Of a DNA stretch of 64,000 nucleotides, positions 57,315 through 64,000 are shown one piece after another; positions within the stretch are counted from its first letter, which is position 1; the number at the start of each line of letters is the position of its first letter. The notes under the pieces are model-generated. The model was not told the DNA's origin. It searched no databases and saw only the letters and a list, made by a program, of their open reading frames with translations. Origin of the DNA: Octopus vulgaris. Its lineage: Eukaryota. The position numbers and the translations under genes are program-made. Location: assembly GCA_951406725.2 (NCBI GenBank), contig OX597838.1, positions 17,236,001 through 17,300,000 on the forward strand, read 5' to 3'.

Positions 57315-57685
57315 GGAAGCACTCCGTCGGTTACGACGACGAGGGTTCCGGTTGATCCGATCAACGGAACAGCCTGCTCGTGAAATTAACGTGTAAGTGG
57401 CTGAGCACTCAACAGACACGTGTACCCTTAACGTAGTTCTCGGGGATATTCAGCGTGACACAGAGAGTGACAAGGCCGGCCCTTTGAAATACAGGCACAA
57501 CAGAAACAGGAAGTAAGAGTGAGAGAAAGTTGTGGTGAAAGAGTACAGTAGGGATCACCACCATCCCCTGCCGGAGCCTCGTGGAGCTTTTTAGGTGTTT
57601 TCGCTCAATAAACACTCACAACGCCCGGTCTGGGAATCGAAACCGCGATCCTACGACCGCGAGTCCGCTGCCCTAACCACTGGGC
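57315..57685 (-). mobile_element. OR-like SINE
   Basis: Close match to 32948-33331. Confidence 0.85.
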
Positions 57686-57686
57686 T

Positions 57687-57896
57687 TGCTGAAAAGATCC
57701 TGGCTTTAGGTAAAACAAAATACGGGAGGATCAATTAATTATGATTTTATTCAACATAAACTCCTCTCAGATTGATGTACTTAGTGCTGCGGTTCTTTAG
57801 TTTTTCTAAGCCCTGTAAAAGAACTTGGAAAGTTGGGGTTCCAACCAAGCCTTTCGCGATACCCTCAACGCCAGGAATTTTTCAGCACCCTCTCAT
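57687..57896 (-). mobile_element. ~210 bp mariner-derived MITE
   Basis: TIRs TGCTGAAAAGATCCTGGC / GCCAGGAATTTTTCAGCA; minus strand encodes FLQGLEKLKNRSTKYINLRGVYVE*, like a mariner C-terminus. Confidence 0.7.
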
Positions 57897-57964
57897 GTGT
57901 GTTAAGTTTAGGTTCGTATTTTGCTAATTATTTTTTATTCTTTGCTTGTTTCAGTCGTCATACT

Positions 57965-58195
57965 TATTTCTTTATTACCCACAAGGGGCTAAACATAGAG
58001 GGGACAAACAAGGACAGACATAGGTATTAAGTCGATTACATCGACCCCAGTGCGTAACTGGTACTTAATTTATCGACCCCGAAAGGATGAAAGGCAAAGT
58101 CAACCACGGCGGAATTTGAACTCACAACGTAACGACAAGCGAAATACCGTTAAGCATTTCGCCCGGCGTGCTAACGTTTCTGCCAGCTCTCCGCT
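57965..58195 (-). mobile_element. Full-length Nin/Deu SINE inserted in an OK-like SINE tail
   Basis: Flanks GCTTGTTT(C/G)AGTCGTCATACT appear on both sides (57944-57964, 58193-58213). Confidence 0.8.
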
Positions 58196-58446
58196 TGTTT
58201 GAGTCGTCATACTGCGGCCAAGCTGGGGTACGACCTTGAATTTTAGTCGCACTTATCTATCCCAGTACTTATTATTGTTATTTTTTGTAAAGTCTGGTAC
58301 TTATTCTATTGCTAGCTTTTGCCGAATCAATGGAGGGAGTAAAGCTTATGTGAACACAAACATCTGATCACTATAAACGAATCATCTGTGTTTGTTCGGC
58401 ATGAAATTGCCGAACCCTCTACATCGTCTAACGACGGGAGAGACCT

Positions 58447-58477
<31 letters not shown>

Positions 58478-58481
<4 letters not shown>

Positions 58482-58782
58482 GTCGCCCTTTTCAAGCCTA
58501 GCCAGGCACATGGGCCCGATTTCCCGGATTCTGTGGCATATGTGTTTCCCCCAGCTGGACGGGACGCCAGTCCATCGCAGCGTTACTCAAGAAACAGGAA
58601 GAGAGAGTGAGAGAAAGTTGTGGCGAAAGGGTATAACAGGGGTCACAACCACCACCTGCCGGAGCCTCGTGGAGCTTCAGGTGTTTTCGCTCAATAAACA
58701 CACACAACAGCCGGTCTGGGAATCGAAACCACGATCCTCCGACCGCGAATTCGCATGCCCTAACCACTGGGCCATTGCGCCT

Positions 58783-58785
<3 letters not shown>
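58478..58785 (-). mobile_element. OR-like SINE head with an alternative 3' tail
   Basis: 58590-58785 matches the OR-like head; 58478-58590 (minus: GCGATGGACTGGCGTCCCGTCCAG…GCCACAGAATCCGGG) differs from the other copies. Confidence 0.8.
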
Positions 58786-58833
<48 letters not shown>

Positions 58834-59477
58834 CATACATACATACTTACAAACATACATACATACATACATACATACAAGCATCACGCATACACACACA
58901 TGTATGCACGCTCACGTATACATATATGTACGCATGAACACACTCACAGACACACGCTTCTATGCACTTCTGCAGGGATGACATGGTATCGGCGGTCATT
59001 TAAAAATAGCAATGCATTGTGTTAGTGGCATACACAGAAGCAGGTCGTTCATACTGACGGAAGTAAGAAGTACAGATGTGAAAATATTAGATATTAATAT
59101 TAGTAACCCTGTAATTTTAAACTTCTCAACAACGTAACATATTGAAATCTTGGGTCCTAAATATGGCTTCTCTACGTCAGAGAAAGTCACGTCTTCTAAA
59201 CACCTCAATATAATCTCTCTCTCTATCTCTCTTTCTTTCTCTGCACCTCAATCAACAATCTTTATAATGAGAAATATATATGGCTTGCTAATAACGTCAT
59301 CACAACTAAACTAAGTTTTATATAAAAACAAAAACTATAATGAAAAACAAAGATATGTTCTTTCCAAATGTCACATACGATCCTGACTACGTAATATGAC
59401 AGGAACTGCCAGGAAGTGAAATAGTTACCTGTCATTAATTGGTATCAGAGTAATGAAAACAATATTTTCACGAAGTT

Positions 59478-59810
59478 TTATCTGATAAGCAGGTCTGTGG
59501 TATAAACCACTCAAGTCTCATTCACAAATACCTTACGTATCAATGTTACTTTTTAAGATCGGTTACACCACGAGACACTAATGAGGTTTAGTAAAGCCGA
59601 AACATGTCAGAAGTTGTCGCAACATCAGACTCACTTCTTACTGCATTCAGTATTTACTTAATTAAAATCTCAGGTTCGTCTCCTGTCCCTTTGTAAACTA
59701 GAATTCGGGATTTAAATAATGATTTTTCTCATTGTTACATGATTTTATCACCCAAAACATCTCGGTTTATTATATCAAGTATGTTAGCACCCAATATATT
59801 CTTGTAGAGA
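59478..59810 (+). repeat. Left arm of a ~300 bp inverted repeat (right arm 61714-62012)
   Basis: Reverse-complement match with scattered substitutions and indels; contains hammerhead-like CTAATGAGGTTTAGTAAAGCCGAAACATGTC. Confidence 0.85.
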
Positions 59811-59834
59811 AGATAATCATTATCTTACTGAATA

Positions 59835-60068
59835 TTTATTTCTTTACTACCCACAAGGGGCTAAACACAGAGGGGACAAACAAGGACAGACAAACAGATT
59901 AAGCCGATTACATCGACCCCAGTGCGTAATTGGTACTTAATTTATCGACCCCGAAAGGATGAAAGGCAAAGTCGACCTCGGCGGAATTTGAACTCAGAAC
60001 GTAGCGACAGACGAAATATGGCGACACACTTCGCCCGGCGTGCTAACGTTTCTGCCAGCTCGCCGCCT
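59835..60068 (-). mobile_element. Full-length Nin/Deu SINE
   Basis: Head, core and tail present. Confidence 0.85.
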
Positions 60069-60651
60069 TTTTACTGAATACTGTTTATTCTAGAAAACTT
60101 TAAGAACGAGAATACGGAATGTTTTAACTTGTATGGGGCAATCACTTCTATCTGTGTGGAAATATTGAAATTTAGTAATATATATTTCGAAGCAATTTTC
60201 AAATCTGATAAATAAAAGAGAATACTCTGTGTAGTACAAAGAATATAGAATATACAAAGCTCTAAGGCTAATTACAGATTAATATAAAAATTAAGAAAAA
60301 TACTCAAAGTTGTTCCATGTCAAAGCAACGTGTGTTTTCGATGTCCGTGGTCTCTGCGAAGTAAAAATGAGAGGCCATGGCAATCTTTAAACGATATCTT
60401 TTCGTTTTCTGCTGAAGGGATCAGTTTAAGGTATTAAATATGCCTGTAGGTTGCATAAATATTATAATATTTCTTGCTTTGCTTTTAGTAGTTTGAGTAT
60501 ATAAGAAGTATATACACACACGTATACACTTGAATTCAAGTGATTATTAGATAGACTGTGTGTAAAGGCGAGGCGTAGATTAAACGGGACCATGAAGGTA
60601 CGACAGAGAGAAGAAATGACATCACGTTAAGAACTGAATCAACGATAGTCT

Positions 60652-60869
60652 ATACTCTTTTACTCTTTTACTTGTTTCAGTCATTTGACTGCGGCCATGC
60701 TGGAGCACCGCCTTTAGTCGAGCAAATCGACCCCGGTACTTATTCTTTGTAAGCCCAGTACTTATTCTATCGGTCTCTTTTGGCCAACCGCTAAGTGACG
60801 GGGACGTAAACACACCAGCATCGGTTGTCAAGCAATGCTAGGGGGGACAAACACAGACACACAAACACA

Positions 60870-60926
<57 letters not shown>

Positions 60927-61098
60927 GTATACATATATACGACAGGCTTCTTTCAGTTTCCGTCTACCAAATCCACTCACGAGGCATTGGTCGGCCCGGG
61001 GCTATAGCAGAAGACACTTGCCCAAGATGCCACGCAGTGGGACTGAACCCGGAACCATGTGGTTGGTAAGCAAGCTACTTACCACACAGCCACTCCTG
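60652..61098 (-). mobile_element. Full-length OK-like SINE
   Basis: Head, body, internal (CA)/(TA) tract and tail present. Confidence 0.85.
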
Positions 61099-61713
61099 TG
61101 CCTATGGGGAAAGTAACTATAGACATGGAAGAGACTGGATAAAGACGTATTTATGTGAGAGAGCAATAGCAGACGACAGTAATTAGGGGAGTGACGAGAA
61201 GTGTTGAGGTATTGAAAAGGGTTTAACCATGAAGATATATCTCATGTGTAACCATGTGAAATAATGGAAGTTTATATCTAAGTCACATGAGATCCGACAT
61301 CTATATACCCACAGAACATTATGGGATCGATAATCAATCAGGTATTTCAATTTGACCGAATCTTATCACACATTTCGTAGTTATCCGGTATTGAGGTTCG
61401 GCCCTTTCGTTTACAACTTCCAATTTCGTTAGGGTTGATTGAATTTGTCTTCCAGTCATTTGGGAGCCAGTGAAATGAAAGGTAATACTATATTCAAGTA
61501 GACAAAATCAGCCATTTCTTGCCGAACACATTCTTCTGCCGAATACAGGCAATCAATTTTTTAAAGGCGTCTCTTGTTATTTCTTACATTATATACATGT
61601 GCTTGTATTACACAACATCCATAACAACAACGACAACAACAACAACAATAGCCACAACAATAATACAAGACAGCGAAGTATCCTCTACATAGTCTTGTTA
61701 GAAATTTAATCCA

Positions 61714-62012
61714 AATCTCTAAGATATATTGGGTGCTAACATGATATAATAAACCGAGATGTTTTGAGTGATAAAATCATGTAACAATGAGAAGAATCAT
61801 TATTTAAGCGACAACCCCGAGATTTTAATCAATTAAATATTGAATGCAGTAAGAAGTGAGTCTGATGTTGCGACAACTTCTGACATGTTTCGGTTTTACT
61901 AAACCTCATTAGTGTCACATGGTGTAACCGATCTTAAGAAGTAACATTGATACGTCAGGTCTTTGTGAATGAGACTTGAGTGGTTTATACCACAAACCTC
62001 CTTATCAGATAA
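61714..62012 (-). repeat. Right arm of inverted repeat (partner 59478-59810)
   Basis: See partner. Confidence 0.85.
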
Positions 62013-63538
62013 TATTGCCTTAGAGGTTAGGTTGGATGGTCATGGCTGGAACACATTTGACACAAGCCTTTTTGATTAGAGCTGATCTAGGACTTCTCGT
62101 GGCTTCCATCCAAGTTTCAGGCTTTTATAGTCAATAATATTTTGCAATAACGTTAATTAGAAATTATCTTTAAACTTTCTGGTGAAGAAGAAAACCGTAA
62201 AAACTGAAAATATTGAAGATTGAACTCGTTTTGTAGAATTTATTTACCGAGGCTTTACTACGGTAAATGTTCTGTCTTGCTATGATTTGTCCTGAATTAC
62301 TCTGGAGGTTTACTTCATTGCTCCGCAAAATTATGCTATTGTTTAATGGTAAGCTTGAGTTTGGTTTCGTTTTGCTTCCTGACAAAAATCGAAAAATGAG
62401 AAGATTAGAAATGCCACTGTTTACTTCCAGTGAAGCAAAGTCACACAGAAAACAACCACAGTGACATCAACCTGATATTACTTCAAGCCAAATAGAATTG
62501 TTTTTATATTGTGTAAATACAACCAATTGCAGGAGATTTTTTTTCCTTTCTGACAGGGCCAGCTGAAATTGTATTTTCTGCAATTGTGTCACTTTCTAAT
62601 TTGTGAGGATTTCATCTCAGAAATGTATGTGGACAAAGTAAATTGGTTATTGTTTATTCAGTTTCCAGTTGGTCGAGCTCTTTTTTCTTTTATCTTATCA
62701 AACCTTCCTTTTTGCCTGCTTTGTAATAAGGAAAACATGGGGGAAAACATTTCGAGAGTGGGGAGAAATTGATTGGAAAATTAGATGAAAGATATTTAAG
62801 TTAAAGAAGTCAAAATGGTGGAGAGAAAAAGGACAGAGAAAGTGACGGGGTGGGGGAAGTAAATAAAGCAGCGAAATAAAATGGTGACTGGTGGTATTGG
62901 AGGAAATTATGTTATAACTGGAGGAGGTAGATATTGAAAGAAAGAATGAATGAATGATAGAGGGAATAAAAGAGGGCATAGAAAGGAGATGAGAGAATGG
63001 AAGTAGTGAAAAGAAAGAGAAAGCGGGATTTAGGGGGGGATTAGAAGACGGGATGGTATCTTATTAGTAAAATGAGAGAGAAAGCAAGATAGATAAATAC
63101 ATAGTGAAAATATGTGTAATATTTGCCTTCCTTTATTATTTAAACAATTTCCTTCATTTAATTTTTAACGTTATTTTCTCACCGAACTGAAAAATAAATT
63201 CACCTCTTGATAAATGAAGCAAAGGTTTTATTCGCATCTGCAGTGTACTTTTATTTACAATGTACTCCTATACTTTGCTCATATTTACACAAAAGACAAA
63301 TCGATTAGGTACTCACATCTCCAGTATAGATACATTTAATGATGCGTGTTATATGCGTACTCACATCTACAGTGTACTCACATCTACAATGTACGCGCGT
63401 CTATACTGCAATGGTGTGTAAGAGCGATGTCGTTGTTGAGGAAACTCTAGTCTTTGACAAGGACATATTAACTTGTCTGATCTGGAGGATAATCGGACGA
63501 GTCTGTCTCTTCGGTCAAAACGTGATCGGGGGGCCTCT

Positions 63539-63812
63539 GTGCTATACGAGGTAGTCTGCATTTAATGTGGGGCATCCTGTATTGGGAGCACCGCCAGGAG
63601 ATTGTACGTTCGGATAAAAGAACATATATGCACAGGCACTTCAATAAAAAAAACACCTAAAGAAGAACCAGGCCCAGGATTTCAAGGTGTCCATCAGGGC
63701 AACTCAACGCAACAGAGGTAATCTCAGGATCATGGAGGCCATTCTTATCAATAAACTCAGATCAGCCATAAACAACAGGCAAGAACTACATGAAGTAGAC
63801 TGGTTACTATAG
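63539..63812 (+). pseudogene. Penelope-like element GIY-YIG endonuclease C-terminal relic
   Basis: VLYEVVCI*CGASCIGSTARRLYVRIKEH, frameshift in the A-run, KHLKKNQAQDFKVSIRATQRNRGNLRIMEAILINKLRSAINNRQE: matches the VY..C..C...YIG.T.R.L..R..EH…E…I…P.IN pattern of PLE endonucleases; followed by a pyrimidine-rich pLTR-like region. Confidence 0.8.
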
Positions 63813-64000
63813 TAACACCTGCCTGCACATGTCACCTTCCTCCTTCTTCCTCCCCACACGTTTGACTAACGACCTTTCCCATCTCTTGTTTTTCCACAAG
63901 CCCTGAGAAAGTGGCGTAACCCGGAAATATAGAAATATAAGGTAAAACTACAACTTTGCCTTGTTTTCTTTTGCTTTTTCTTGTAAAGAAAAATGAATCT

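Overview
AT-rich, microsatellite-saturated eukaryotic DNA. The SINE repertoire suggests an octopus (coleoid cephalopod) intronic or intergenic region; this is inferred from recalled family features, not from a search. No intact protein-coding gene is supported, and almost all ORFs in the track are translations of simple repeats. The window holds dozens of tRNA-derived SINEs of about four families, mariner relics and MITEs, a non-autonomous Helitron, and decayed HERO-type (RLE) LINE, piggyBac-like and Penelope GIY-YIG coding relics. A ~9 kb SINE-poor trinucleotide domain (13.5-22.2 kb) contains a possible first exon ending at a strong GT donor (19123). The most interesting signal is a set of short Penelope-type hammerhead-ribozyme elements. 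The clearest is a head-to-head dimer of a 'tRNA head + (AAT)n + hammerhead tail' element, bounded by a 12-bp target-site duplication (37601-38244), i.e. a candidate ribozyme-bearing SINE mobilised by Penelope machinery. Also seen: local inverted templated insertions and a recurrent SINE-into-SINE junction.
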